From positions 67,420-131,419 of the forward strand of contig JAPDKB010000004.1 in NCBI GenBank assembly GCA_029258795.1: DNA of 64,000 nucleotides, in the 5' to 3' direction. The notes beneath the pieces are model-generated. The model ran no database searches and was not told where the DNA came from. It saw nothing but the letters and a program-made list of their open reading frames with translations. A program made the position numbers and the translations under genes. This document shows, in pieces, positions 28,426 to 38,287 of the stretch. Origin of the DNA: an archaeon. Its GTDB lineage: Archaea; EX4484-52; WAPT01. Numbering within the stretch: the stretch's first letter is position 1; the number at the start of each line of letters is the position of its first letter.

Positions 28426-28827
28426 CTATTTATTGATTTTCTTTCCCTTCTCCATTTCCTTCATCCTGTAAAATATTTCAAGAGCTTCCTCTGCCGTTGA
28501 AGCCTTCATATCTCCGAACACATGAGGGTGCCTCCTCTCAACCTTATCCGTAATTTCCTTGAGCACATCATGAATCGTGAATAATTCATGCTCCTTACAA
28601 ACCTGAGATATCATTACCACGAGAAAAAGCACATCCCCCAACTCTTCTTTAATGTTATCCCAATCCTTTTTTTCTATCCCCTCTTTGAGCTCTTCCACCT
28701 CACTATTCAAAAACCGCAGCCAATCCTCAAGCTTCTGCTCTCTATCCCATGGACAGCCATTCTCGCTCCTCAGCCTTTCCACCATTTCCACGAGCTTGAG
28801 AAAAAGCTCCCCAACCTTTTCTTCCAT
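28426..28827 (-). CDS. mazG: MazG nucleotide pyrophosphohydrolase
   Basis: LRSENGCPWDREQ, EELGDVLF, RRHPHVFG. Confidence 0.93.
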   Translation of the reverse strand: MEEKVGELFLKLVEMVERLRSENGCPWDREQKLEDWLRFLNSEVEELKEGIEKKDWDNIKEELGDVLFLVVMISQVCKEHELFTIHDVLKEITDKVERRHPHVFGDMKASTAEEALEIFYRMKEMEKGKKINK

Positions 28828-28880
28828 GCTTATCCAACTCCCTGATAAGGTTAAATATTTTGTGATGCCAGTTTGGTGTT

Positions 28881-29102
28881 ATGAAAGTGAAACTCTTGTG
28901 GGCTGCAGAAAGCTTGGAAGAGGGGGAGAAGGAGATTGAGCTGGAGGGTGACAAGTTTAAAGTGGAGGAGATACTCAGAAAAGCAGGCGTAAACCCCGTC
29001 ACGGTTCTTGTTAAGCTGGATGACAGAATCGTTCCTGTGGAGGAAGAGATTGAGGGGGAGAATGTTGTTCTGGAGTTGATTCCTGTTGTGAGCGGAGGGT
29101 AG
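28881..29102 (+). CDS. ThiS/MoaD/SAMP-like ubiquitin-fold sulfur carrier
   Basis: 73 aa ending in PVVSGG. Confidence 0.85.
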   Translation: MKVKLLWAAESLEEGEKEIELEGDKFKVEEILRKAGVNPVTVLVKLDDRIVPVEEEIEGENVVLELIPVVSGG

Positions 29103-29106
29103 ATGA

Positions 29107-30003
29107 ATGGCGGGCTTGTGGTTGGTCTATTCTCTTTTGGTAGCGTTTTTCTCATCAACCATAGCGATCATATCCAAAAAAGCGATGAAAGGAATGGATT
29201 CATTGACAACTTCCATCATCTTCAAGGCGGTGACTGTTGTGGCTCTCCTCCCCTTTGTCGCTTTGAACTTGCGAAACATTCCCACAAGCAGCAACTTTTT
29301 GACTGTTCTTTTTATGGCCTCGATGCTTAACGGCACATCCACCCTGCTTTATTTTCACGCGGTGAAGCATGGAGAAGTATCTTTGGCTGTACCCCTCTTA
29401 ACCCTCACGCCAGCGTTCATGCTTTTAACGTCTCCTCTCATCCTCCAAGAGTTTCCGCCTGTTGAAGGTGTGGCGGGCATAATTCTCATAGTGGTGGGAG
29501 CTTATGTTTTAGGTGTGAGCTCCACCTTTCCTAACAACGGAATGAGCTTATTCACACCATTCATCAACCTGATTAAAGATAGAAGCGCGGCATCCATGCT
29601 GGCTGTGGCTTTCATCTGGAGCATTACGGCAAATCTGGATAAGGTAGGGGCCAAGCTTTCCACAACAATCCAATGGATATTTCTTGTTAATCTGCTCTCC
29701 TTAATTATTCTTCTATCAGCCATGCTTGCGTGGAATAAAAAACACATTTCAATTCTCTCTCCAAATAGCTCAAGCTTCCTGATGCTCATCATTCTGGCTG
29801 GTGCAATTCACGCCATCATGAATGTCATTCAGATAGAAGCCATCATGATGACCTACGCATCCTATGTTATAGCCATAAAGCGCATGAGCGCGCTCTTCAC
29901 CGTTATCTTTGCACGCGCTGTTTTAAAGGAGGGCGCATTCCCCCTTAGGGCTCTGGCTTCATTTCTTATGGTTTGCGGAGCGGCAATACTTGCTTTAAGC
30001 TAA
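29107..30003 (+). CDS. EamA/DMT-family transporter
   Basis: About 10 TM helices; GEVSLAVPL..LTP, ASYVIAIKR. Confidence 0.9.
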   Translation: MAGLWLVYSLLVAFFSSTIAIISKKAMKGMDSLTTSIIFKAVTVVALLPFVALNLRNIPTSSNFLTVLFMASMLNGTSTLLYFHAVKHGEVSLAVPLLTLTPAFMLLTSPLILQEFPPVEGVAGIILIVVGAYVLGVSSTFPNNGMSLFTPFINLIKDRSAASMLAVAFIWSITANLDKVGAKLSTTIQWIFLVNLLSLIILLSAMLAWNKKHISILSPNSSSFLMLIILAGAIHAIMNVIQIEAIMMTYASYVIAIKRMSALFTVIFARAVLKEGAFPLRALASFLMVCGAAILALS

Positions 30004-30053
30004 GCCAGCTATGAAAGGCAATCATTTAAATCTTCACACCAACCCATTCTGCC

Positions 30054-30980
30054 ATGGAAAGCTATGATGTCTGCGTTGTGGGTGGCGGTCCGGCAGGAAT
30101 GACCGCAGCTCTTTATCTTGCCAGATACAACATGAAGGTAGCCTTGATTTTCTCCAAGCTCGGCGGAGCTATGGCTGATGCACATGCGATAGAAAACTAT
30201 CCCGGCTTCAAGAGAATAAGTGGAATGGAGCTGGCAGAGAGAATGCTTGAACAAGTAAGCTTGTACAGCAATGTGGAAGTGATTATGGATGAGGTGGTCG
30301 ATGCAAGGAAAGAAGAGGATGGATTCGTGCTGAAAACACATGATAAGGAGTTCAGATGCAAAGCGGTTGTGCTTGCTTTGGGTATGCAGAGAAGAAAGCT
30401 GAATGTAAAGAATGAGGAGAAGTTTCTGGGGAGGGGCGTTTCCTACTGCGCAACATGTGATGGGATGTTCTTCAAGGACAAGGTTGTGGGAGTTGTTGGC
30501 GGTGGTGACGCTGCTTTTGATGCGGTGCTCTTCCTTTCAAACATAGCCAAGAAGGTTTATCTCATCCACAGAAGGCAGGAGTTCAGAGCCGAGGAGATCA
30601 AGGTGGAAGCTGCAAGAAAGCTTGAGAACGTGGAATTCCTGCTCGATAGTGTAGTTGTCGAGCTCGATGGAAAGGATAAGCTTGAGCGAGTCAGAATAAG
30701 AAACGTTAAGAGCAATGAGGAAAGGTGGATCGAGCTTGATGGACTCTTCATAGAAATTGGCTCCATGCCTTCAGCCGTTCTCGCCCAAAAGCTCGGAGTC
30801 GAGCTCGATGATAAAGGGTTCATAAAGGTAAATGAGGATATGAGCACGAATGTGGAAGGAGTTTTTGCAGCTGGCGACATAACCAGCGCTTCTGCAAATG
30901 TGAGGCAGGTTGCCACGGCTGTTGGAGAAGGAGCTATAGCTGGGGTTAGCGCTTATCTTTACGTCAAGAAGAAGAGATGA
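30054..30980 (+). CDS. trxB: Thioredoxin-disulfide reductase
   Basis: GGGPAG, GVSYCATCDG, GGGDAA, GVFAAGD. Confidence 0.95.
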   Translation: MESYDVCVVGGGPAGMTAALYLARYNMKVALIFSKLGGAMADAHAIENYPGFKRISGMELAERMLEQVSLYSNVEVIMDEVVDARKEEDGFVLKTHDKEFRCKAVVLALGMQRRKLNVKNEEKFLGRGVSYCATCDGMFFKDKVVGVVGGGDAAFDAVLFLSNIAKKVYLIHRRQEFRAEEIKVEAARKLENVEFLLDSVVVELDGKDKLERVRIRNVKSNEERWIELDGLFIEIGSMPSAVLAQKLGVELDDKGFIKVNEDMSTNVEGVFAAGDITSASANVRQVATAVGEGAIAGVSAYLYVKKKR

Positions 30981-31699
30981 TACAGATGAAAAAATTTGCT
31001 CTCGTTTTGAGGGACGAAGATGACAGGAACGAGATTGAAAAGCTTATCCTTGAGCATGGCTTTGTGAAGGATGAAGAAAAGCCGGATTTTGTTGTGTGTG
31101 TTGGTGGAGATGGCACGATACTGGTAGCAGAAAGAACGTATCCGTCCGTTCCAAAGCTGTGCTTCAGCAAGCACACCTCTTGCAGGACATGCCAGCTAAG
31201 CGTTGAAGAGATGGAAAAAGTGCTGGATGCTCTTGCTTCGGGGAACTTCACCGTTCACGAGGAGATGAAACTTGAAGCAAGGTATGGAAGCTTGGTTAAG
31301 CTTGCTCTCAACGAGGTGCAGCTTCACAATGAGAAGCCAACTCATGCAATAAGGTTCGAGGTTGTGATAGAGGAAAAGGGTGAAACGAAAGCGTTCGAGA
31401 ACGTGGTTGGAGATGGAGTTATAGTGGCAACACCGTTTGGATCAACAGCATACTACTACTCAGCTGGAGGTGAGCCGTTCAGCAAAGGGGTAGGTATAGC
31501 TTTCAACAACTCCCACAACTTCAGAATCAAACCATTTGTGGTGGATGAGAACGCGACCATCCATGTGAAACTTTTGAGAGGGAGCGCTTTCATGATAGTG
31601 GATAACGACGAGCATTATGTGCATCTTGATGAGGGAGAGGAGTTTGTGGTGAGGAAAGCGAAGGAGAGAGCGAGGTTCATACTGATTAGAGGTGGTTAA
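30977..31699 (+). CDS. nadK: NAD(+) kinase
   Basis: GGDGT, ALNE, GDGVIVATPFGSTAYYYSAGG. Confidence 0.93.
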   Translation: MIQMKKFALVLRDEDDRNEIEKLILEHGFVKDEEKPDFVVCVGGDGTILVAERTYPSVPKLCFSKHTSCRTCQLSVEEMEKVLDALASGNFTVHEEMKLEARYGSLVKLALNEVQLHNEKPTHAIRFEVVIEEKGETKAFENVVGDGVIVATPFGSTAYYYSAGGEPFSKGVGIAFNNSHNFRIKPFVVDENATIHVKLLRGSAFMIVDNDEHYVHLDEGEEFVVRKAKERARFILIRGG

Positions 31700-31700
31700 A

Positions 31701-32873
31701 ATGGATGAGGAGATGAAGAGGAAAGTTGAAGCGCTGCATGAAGGGGGCAAGATAGAGATTGTTTCAAGAATAGCACTGCAAAGCAGGGACGAGCTTTCTC
31801 TCGCTTACACACCGGGAGTGGCACACATATCAAAGCTGCTGGCTGAAAATAAAGAGAGAGCTTATAATTACACAAGGAAATGGAACGCCGTAGCCATTGT
31901 TTCCGACGGTTCAGCCGTGCTCGGGATGGGCAACATAGGCGCTTATGGTGCAATTCCCGTCATGGAAGGCAAGGCAGTGCTTTTCAAGGAGCTTGGGAAT
32001 GTGGATGCTTTTCCGATCTGCTTGGCAACGCAGGATGATGATGAGATTATAAAAATTGTGGAAGCGATCTCTCCCGTTTTTGGAGGGATAAATCTGGAGG
32101 ATATAGCGGCTCCACACTGTTTCAGGATAGAGAAGGAGCTTGAGAACCGGCTTGACATCCCCGTCTTCCATGATGATCAGCACGGCACAGCGATAGTTGT
32201 GCTTGCGGCTCTTATGAACGCGCTGAAACTTGTGGGCAAAGACAAGAATGTGAAGGTTGTGATAAGCGGAGCCGGAGCAGCAGGCATAGCCATAACCAAG
32301 CTTCTGCTTGATTACGGGATAAAGCACATAGTGGTGTGCGACAGCAGGGGTATAATTCATGAAGGAAGGAACGATCTGAACTTTGCAAAGGAAGAAATCG
32401 CTAAGCTCACCAATCCGGAAAAGCTTGAGGGTGATCTCGCTTTGGCGATGAAGGGCGCTGATGTCTTCATTGGCGTGTCCGCTCCAAACATAGTTAGTAA
32501 AGAGATGGTTGAGAGCATGAATGATGATGCCATAGTATTTGCCATGGCCAACCCCGTTCCGGAGATCATGCCTGATGAGGCAAAAAAAGCAGGAGCGAGA
32601 ATTGTTGGCACTGGCAGAAGCGATTTTCCCAACCAGATAAATAATGCTCTCGCCTTTCCCGGAGTTTTCAGGGGAGCGCTTGATGTCAGAGCGAGAAGGA
32701 TAACGAAGGAGATGAAGATAGCTGCAGCGAGAGCCATTGCTAACTATGCCGAAAATCTGGGCCTGAGTGAGGAGAGAATAGTGCCGAAGGTGCTTGACAG
32801 AAATGTGCATAATGAAGTGGCAAGAGCGGTGAGAGAAGCAGCGATGAAATGCGGGGTGGCAAGGAAAAAGTAG
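31701..32873 (+). CDS. NAD(P)-dependent malic enzyme
   Basis: AYTPGVA, PVMEGKA, INLEDI, FHDDQHGTA, GAGAAG, NQINN. Confidence 0.95.
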   Translation: MDEEMKRKVEALHEGGKIEIVSRIALQSRDELSLAYTPGVAHISKLLAENKERAYNYTRKWNAVAIVSDGSAVLGMGNIGAYGAIPVMEGKAVLFKELGNVDAFPICLATQDDDEIIKIVEAISPVFGGINLEDIAAPHCFRIEKELENRLDIPVFHDDQHGTAIVVLAALMNALKLVGKDKNVKVVISGAGAAGIAITKLLLDYGIKHIVVCDSRGIIHEGRNDLNFAKEEIAKLTNPEKLEGDLALAMKGADVFIGVSAPNIVSKEMVESMNDDAIVFAMANPVPEIMPDEAKKAGARIVGTGRSDFPNQINNALAFPGVFRGALDVRARRITKEMKIAAARAIANYAENLGLSEERIVPKVLDRNVHNEVARAVREAAMKCGVARKK

Positions 32874-32884
32874 AAAGCGTGAGG

Positions 32885-33181
32885 TTAAGCGGGCATCTCA
32901 GCCATCTCTGGCTCTTCCCTGCTCTGAATGGTTATGTGCTTTATTATCACAACATCTCCAATCGCTTTTATCATGGGGTACGGCACTATTATTCCCTTCT
33001 TTCCACCAAGCTCCTGTTCAAGATAAGAACCCTTCGCTATAGCTACTATTATCGATCTCACTCTGAACCGGGACATGTCAAGCTCGATATCCTCAATCTT
33101 GCCACAGTACATACCTCTATCGGTGAAAACATCCTTTTCCCTTATGGACTTTGTATCAAGAACGTTTGTGGACATCAGCAT
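32885..33181 (-). CDS. PRC-barrel protein (possibly CdpB-type cell division protein)
   Basis: VFTDRG.YCGKIEDIELD..IVPY..IKAIGDVVII. Confidence 0.85.
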   Translation of the reverse strand: MLMSTNVLDTKSIREKDVFTDRGMYCGKIEDIELDMSRFRVRSIIVAIAKGSYLEQELGGKKGIIVPYPMIKAIGDVVIIKHITIQSREEPEMAEMPA

Positions 33182-33283
33182 TCACCCTCAACAAGTTGTG
33201 GAACTTTGTGTTGATATTGACATTTAAAAAATTTAAATAATTATGTAAAAGATGTGTTCACGTTTCCTGCATAGCTTTTTCAC

Positions 33284-33394
33284 GTCGGGGTCGCCTAGCC
33301 TGGTAGGGCGCGGGCCTGCTAAGCCCGTGGCCGTAAGGCCGCGCGGGTTCAAAAGCCAGCAAGCTTGTGGCTGGAAGTCCCGCCCCCGACGCCA
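33284..33394 (+). tRNA. tRNA-Ser(GCT) with a 24-nt BHB intron at position 59/60 (33354-33377)
   Basis: Acceptor GTCGGGG/CCCCGAC+GCCA, anticodon GCT at 33318-33320, long variable arm; removing the intron restores T-loop TTCAAAT. Confidence 0.93.
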
Positions 33395-33522
33395 GCTTTC
33401 CACTTCGCATTTTGCCGTTCCCTTAAATATTCGAAGGTAATTATCATATGACGGGCAAACCTTAACAGAATTTTTAATAATTTTTAATTAGGTACCACTC
33501 ACTATAATGACAAAATTAACAA

Positions 33523-34635
33523 TCAATAAACTTCTTTAAGGACTTCTCTAACTACTGGATAACACTCGAGAAGTTCTTTACTGTTTATACTTAAACTTCC
33601 ATCTTCGTTCAAATGCGCATCTACTCTATAATAAGGTACACTTCCGGGAGCACATGCTGGATCTATAGTTATTGCAGGATTTGTTTTAGATGGAAATGCA
33701 CTGATGAAAAACACGTATCTCAATTGTTTATCAGTAAGTACTAATCTTTTATCTAGAGGTCCATAATACATTACCAAACCTTCTGTAATTATCCTTTTCC
33801 CTATATACTTGTCTTTATTTTTTGCTAGTTCTTCTAAACTAACGTGACTAATCTCAGAGAATGTCTTACTTTGTATTGAAGAATTGAAGAAATTCACAAT
33901 TGTTATTGTGAAATTATCAATACCTACAAAATGATCCACAAAGCTTAGTTTTGAATAATTCTCCCCTGAAGATAAATAAAGAACGAAGATAATTATTAGC
34001 ACAATTATTAGTAATTTATAAGGGATGTAATATTTTGTTTTGTGATAAATTAACCTAGAAACGTATATCAATATTGATAATATCAAAGCTCTTTCTAAGA
34101 TTGCAATAAAATCAAGTTTTTCTAAAAATAAATAATGCAATAGCGATAAAATAAGTAAAATTACCAAGAAATACCTCAACAAAACCGGAAGTGTGTAATA
34201 TTGAAATCGGTAAAGGTATCTCTTAAACTCACTTAATTTGCTTTGCGCGCCTCCACGATCAATACGCGTTACTCTTGTATCCCGGACTTCTAAACTTTTA
34301 TCATCCTTTTTAGGTTTGTTTAATAATGTCTCGAGTGCTTGAGTGTAATTTTTATCCTCATTAGTCAATTCTTCCCATCTTTTTTGAGTCCATTTCCAAT
34401 CTGGATGACCTCCCGTTTTTCGCCATTCTTCGTATAATTTATCTCTTAAAACAGGATCTTTAACTTTTTCAATATCGTTTTTTATAATCACCATTCTCGG
34501 TTCAAGATGTTTTTTACAAAAGTACTCACCACAATATTTGCACTTGTATAATCTTTTTTCAGAGGAATCGCCTTCTCTAGTTTTACATTCCCGGCATATC
34601 CCGTACTTACCTTTCTTTTTGCTTTTTTTAGTCAT
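33523..34635 (-). CDS. AN1-like zinc-finger membrane protein (AT-rich)
   Basis: CREC..YKCKYCGEYFCKKH, three TM helices, OB-fold-like C-terminus. Confidence 0.7.
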   Translation of the reverse strand: MTKKSKKKGKYGICRECKTREGDSSEKRLYKCKYCGEYFCKKHLEPRMVIIKNDIEKVKDPVLRDKLYEEWRKTGGHPDWKWTQKRWEELTNEDKNYTQALETLLNKPKKDDKSLEVRDTRVTRIDRGGAQSKLSEFKRYLYRFQYYTLPVLLRYFLVILLILSLLHYLFLEKLDFIAILERALILSILIYVSRLIYHKTKYYIPYKLLIIVLIIIFVLYLSSGENYSKLSFVDHFVGIDNFTITIVNFFNSSIQSKTFSEISHVSLEELAKNKDKYIGKRIITEGLVMYYGPLDKRLVLTDKQLRYVFFISAFPSKTNPAITIDPACAPGSVPYYRVDAHLNEDGSLSINSKELLECYPVVREVLKEVY

Positions 34636-34814
34636 TGCATTTTTCTTGAGTTTTGAACGTTTTAAAATTTTCTTAAAACCAGATTATTGTAAAAATCTAA
34701 CTAAGAACAACACGGGACTTAGTGATAAAATCACAAGTATCAAGAAAGCGAGGAAAGGGGATAGCCCGCTTGAAAAATTAAGACTCAATAAAACGAGGTA
34801 ATTATTATTTAACA

Positions 34815-35996
34815 TCATTTCCCCTTCTCCGAAACGTAAATGAGCTCCGGAATATGCGTGCTTGTTGCGTAGATGTAATAGAGCACCCCACCAATTATGC
34901 AGGCGAACACCCCAATTCCAAGTATTGCATGAGGACTTAGAAAGAGAAAGGAAAAGAATGCAAAACTCCTTCCTAAAGCAAGAGATATGGCACGCAAAAA
35001 TATGATTTCTGTGCCCACCCCCTTAACGATGTTGTAAAAATAGCCGAAGAATGGAGCATCTATTATGGGAGAGATAAATCCCGCTATTATCAAAGCTATG
35101 CTCGCACTTCTCACAGAAAGACTCAGAGCAAGGAATGTCAGCAGGTTGGCGTAGAGCAAAAATCCTATGGTACCAAGAGCATAGTCATGCTTCGCATCAA
35201 CCCATCTCGAAATCACGTACAGGATCAAAGCTGAAGCCACTGTGGCTAAGGATTTCAAGCTGCCAAAGCTGACCACGTCCTGCAATGTGGAATAGATTAT
35301 CACGGGCATGCTGACGATCACAGCGATGACTATACCCTCCACAAAGAAAAGAGGTGTTAGATTTGTGTGGGTCTTGCTCACTCGCACCCTCAAATCTTTA
35401 CATCTCCACTTCCTCTTCAGCAATTTCAACGAAATTATGGAGAGAAAAACGACATACGTGCACATGAAGAGAAGAAAGTTACGGTATCCCATGCTTTTTA
35501 TCATCAGTGCAAACGCGACTGGAAACACCACGCTCAAAATGGTGGTGATAACTGTCACAGTGGCATATTCCTCAGCGAGCTTTTTTCTCCTTCCGTACAT
35601 TCCTATCGCCATGTGCTGTGGTATCCAGTAAAAGACGAGGGAAAGCGAGCCAAGGACCGAGATTAAGGGTAGCAATTCCATTTTGAAATTGGCAAAGAGG
35701 AAAAGTAGGATGGCGCTCATCACCACGGAGATGAATTGCGAGACCTCCAGCCCGTAACGCTCCACCACAAATTTCACAAGGAGGAGAGATGGCGGAATCA
35801 TCACACCGTACTGAAGCATGAAGTAAAGAAAGACGGGTTTCAAACTTCCCGCGAGCTCGTAAATGTACAGGGGAGCGTAAACATTGACCGCAAGCGTCAA
35901 AGCCATCCTCAGCACGGAGAATAGCATGACATGCCTTATCTGCTCCGGCAAATCGTACCTTATGTGTATTGCCAGATGTCTGTACGGGTGAGGCAT
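34815..35996 (-). CDS. MFS-type transporter
   Basis: 393 aa with about 12 hydrophobic helices. Confidence 0.75.
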   Translation of the reverse strand: MPHPYRHLAIHIRYDLPEQIRHVMLFSVLRMALTLAVNVYAPLYIYELAGSLKPVFLYFMLQYGVMIPPSLLLVKFVVERYGLEVSQFISVVMSAILLFLFANFKMELLPLISVLGSLSLVFYWIPQHMAIGMYGRRKKLAEEYATVTVITTILSVVFPVAFALMIKSMGYRNFLLFMCTYVVFLSIISLKLLKRKWRCKDLRVRVSKTHTNLTPLFFVEGIVIAVIVSMPVIIYSTLQDVVSFGSLKSLATVASALILYVISRWVDAKHDYALGTIGFLLYANLLTFLALSLSVRSASIALIIAGFISPIIDAPFFGYFYNIVKGVGTEIIFLRAISLALGRSFAFFSFLFLSPHAILGIGVFACIIGGVLYYIYATSTHIPELIYVSEKGK

Positions 35997-36039
35997 TGAT
36001 GATTGATTAAAAGCAGCCCGCTATATAAATCTTTCTGGG

Positions 36040-37047
36040 CTATTCTATCCTGAATCTCAAAAAAGCAGCCACACCTCCGAGCTTTTCAAACATCTTCCCG
36101 GCATCATGGGTGGAATGCACAACCACAACCTTACCTCCACCTTCTTCAACTTTTTTCATGAGCTTTTCAATTCTTTCATTATCCATTATCTTGTCTGAAA
36201 CGAGGAGCTTTTCTATTGCCATCATTTCAGCAGCTTTCTCCACCTCCTCAATACCGTAAGCAACAAGCCCGCTCTCCTTAGCTATCTCCTCCAGCAGTTT
36301 TTCAACAAGCTTCGTTTCCTCCGAAAGCTTCATATCACCCATAACTCTGTCAAGGTAGCCGCGCTTTATCACCTCGTTTATGCCTGTAACACCCGTGACA
36401 GAGCAGCTTTCAACCATGCACTTTGCTTTAACGCTATCGGGAAGCGTGTCATAAAGCTCATCCTTTTTGAAGCCCGGCCCGGCCAGAATTATCTTGTGCA
36501 CATCTTTCTCATGTTCTTCCAACACTTTCCTCACGCTCGCAATGAACTGCCTGTTCTCCTCTTCTCCACCTCCGTAATCTTTTCCACCACCCTTCTTCCT
36601 TATGGTTGCAACCATCTTCCAATCTATCTCCGTGGCTATGGCTATGTCAGCTTCCCTTTCATCTATCACGCAGATTAAAACGCGTAGCCCTTTGTAGCGT
36701 GACGCTTCCTTGAGCTTGATTATCTCGCTCGTTTTCCATTCCTTCCATATGTCTATGACATCATTCTCCTTCAGCCGGAACGAGTGGTAGCCACGCGTCA
36801 CATCTTCAGGCGCTTCAACTATCGGGCCGAGAAGCTTGAGAGCATTACCTTCCATCTCAACCCTTTCCACCTTTATTTTGAGGTATGCCGGCTTTTTCTC
36901 TCTCGCACCTTCAGCCTGCACTGTCCTGAAATCTCTCTTTCCCACAACATCCCCTTCCTTTATCACGCTCTTCAACACCAGCAGATCCTCATAGGTGTTT
37001 ACCTTCACCCTCGTCTTGTCCTTCACATCCAGCTTGAGAATTTGCAT
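36040..37047 (-). CDS. pelA: mRNA surveillance protein pelota
   Basis: EDLLVL..VI..GD, YHSF, AGPGF.K, VAYG..EV, LGGVAAFLRF. Confidence 0.94.
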   Translation of the reverse strand: MQILKLDVKDKTRVKVNTYEDLLVLKSVIKEGDVVGKRDFRTVQAEGAREKKPAYLKIKVERVEMEGNALKLLGPIVEAPEDVTRGYHSFRLKENDVIDIWKEWKTSEIIKLKEASRYKGLRVLICVIDEREADIAIATEIDWKMVATIRKKGGGKDYGGGEEENRQFIASVRKVLEEHEKDVHKIILAGPGFKKDELYDTLPDSVKAKCMVESCSVTGVTGINEVIKRGYLDRVMGDMKLSEETKLVEKLLEEIAKESGLVAYGIEEVEKAAEMMAIEKLLVSDKIMDNERIEKLMKKVEEGGGKVVVVHSTHDAGKMFEKLGGVAAFLRFRIE

Positions 37048-37126
37048 GCTTTCCCATTCTTCTGGAAAATTTTTAAATACAACAAAAACCAAATCCAGAA
37101 TTGAAGTCTTTTGAGGGTGAAAGAGA

Positions 37127-38287
37127 ATGGAAAGCTTCGTCAAGGTTTTTGGTGTGGCTATAGTCATACTTCTTGTGGGCATACTTATGTCAATAAGTAT
37201 ATCTCATATCGGAACGGTGGGAGTAAAGGGAGAGAGGAACGTAACCATCTTTTCAGCTTCCATCCCCTCATTTGGAGAGGTGGGAGAGGCGTCACGCGCC
37301 ATAATGCTGGGAGATGTTGCTGTGGGAAAGATTGCTGGCATGGACCTCGTGGCTGAAGCCACGAATCTTGTCATAAAAAACGGGTTGTTCGGAGAGAAGA
37401 GCAAGAGTTTTGTGGTGGAGGGGGAGGACATAAGGAAAATCGTTATTGAGGGTGAGATTTCAGAGACGAACATGTATGGTGATCTCATAATTCTTGTTAA
37501 TGGTAAGGCAGTATATCATGCCAAAACATCTCCCAAAAAGATAGAAGTGGTGGTGGATGAGGTGGATCCTGTTCACAACGAAGTTGAGATAAAAGCTGAG
37601 AGCTCCGGCTTCAAATTCTGGGCTCCTACTACCTACATTTTTGCCTATCTGAAGGTTTACAAGGACGACTACACTTATCGCGAGTACTCCAAGGGCTTTG
37701 TACTTCACCCTTACGAGGTGGATGGTTTCAAGAAAGCTGAAATTGTCTTTTACGTGGATGAAGCCATAAAGAACAGCGATCTTTGCATTGATGTGAACAA
37801 CATCAACATCTATTGCGCTTTACCCCAGCAGAGCCCGCTTGCATATAAGGTTGACTTCGACAAAACTTCCACAAACCTCGTTGCAGGAGAGAACAGCCTG
37901 CACATCTATACCGGCAAGGATGCGGCCTACAAGCTGCGGGATGTTAGAATCAACATCTACTATTACGGAGCAACGCAGAAAAGCTACAAGAGCTATGAAT
38001 TCAGGATGGCTCAACCATTCTTGGAGTTCATGGAGGAGGAGAACAGAACGCTTGAGATTGTTGGGAAAGCGAGCAACGTGAATGTTAAGGGCAAGCTCGA
38101 GCTTATGCTTAACGGCAGGGAGGATTGCAAAGCCGCGTTTATAATAGAGCGCAACAACCAGATGTTCAGGCAAAAGCTTGACAGGAACTGCCTCAAAGCG
38201 GGAACAAACACAATTAGTGTGGCAACAACAGGAAGCTTTGATGTGGAGAGGATAAGTTTGGTGTTGGTTAAGGGGGTGAACATTTAA
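37127..38287 (+). CDS. Membrane-anchored beta-rich surface protein, hypothetical
   Basis: N-terminal TM; repeated LxxGxNxI beta-sandwich modules; KFWAPTTY. Confidence 0.75.
   Translation: MESFVKVFGVAIVILLVGILMSISISHIGTVGVKGERNVTIFSASIPSFGEVGEASRAIMLGDVAVGKIAGMDLVAEATNLVIKNGLFGEKSKSFVVEGEDIRKIVIEGEISETNMYGDLIILVNGKAVYHAKTSPKKIEVVVDEVDPVHNEVEIKAESSGFKFWAPTTYIFAYLKVYKDDYTYREYSKGFVLHPYEVDGFKKAEIVFYVDEAIKNSDLCIDVNNINIYCALPQQSPLAYKVDFDKTSTNLVAGENSLHIYTGKDAAYKLRDVRINIYYYGATQKSYKSYEFRMAQPFLEFMEEENRTLEIVGKASNVNVKGKLELMLNGREDCKAAFIIERNNQMFRQKLDRNCLKAGTNTISVATTGSFDVERISLVLVKGVNI

Noticed and set aside
33395-34815. Integrated element with att duplication at tRNA-Ser
   Set aside because: No repeat of the tRNA 3' end and no integrase were found; kept only as an AT-rich islet.
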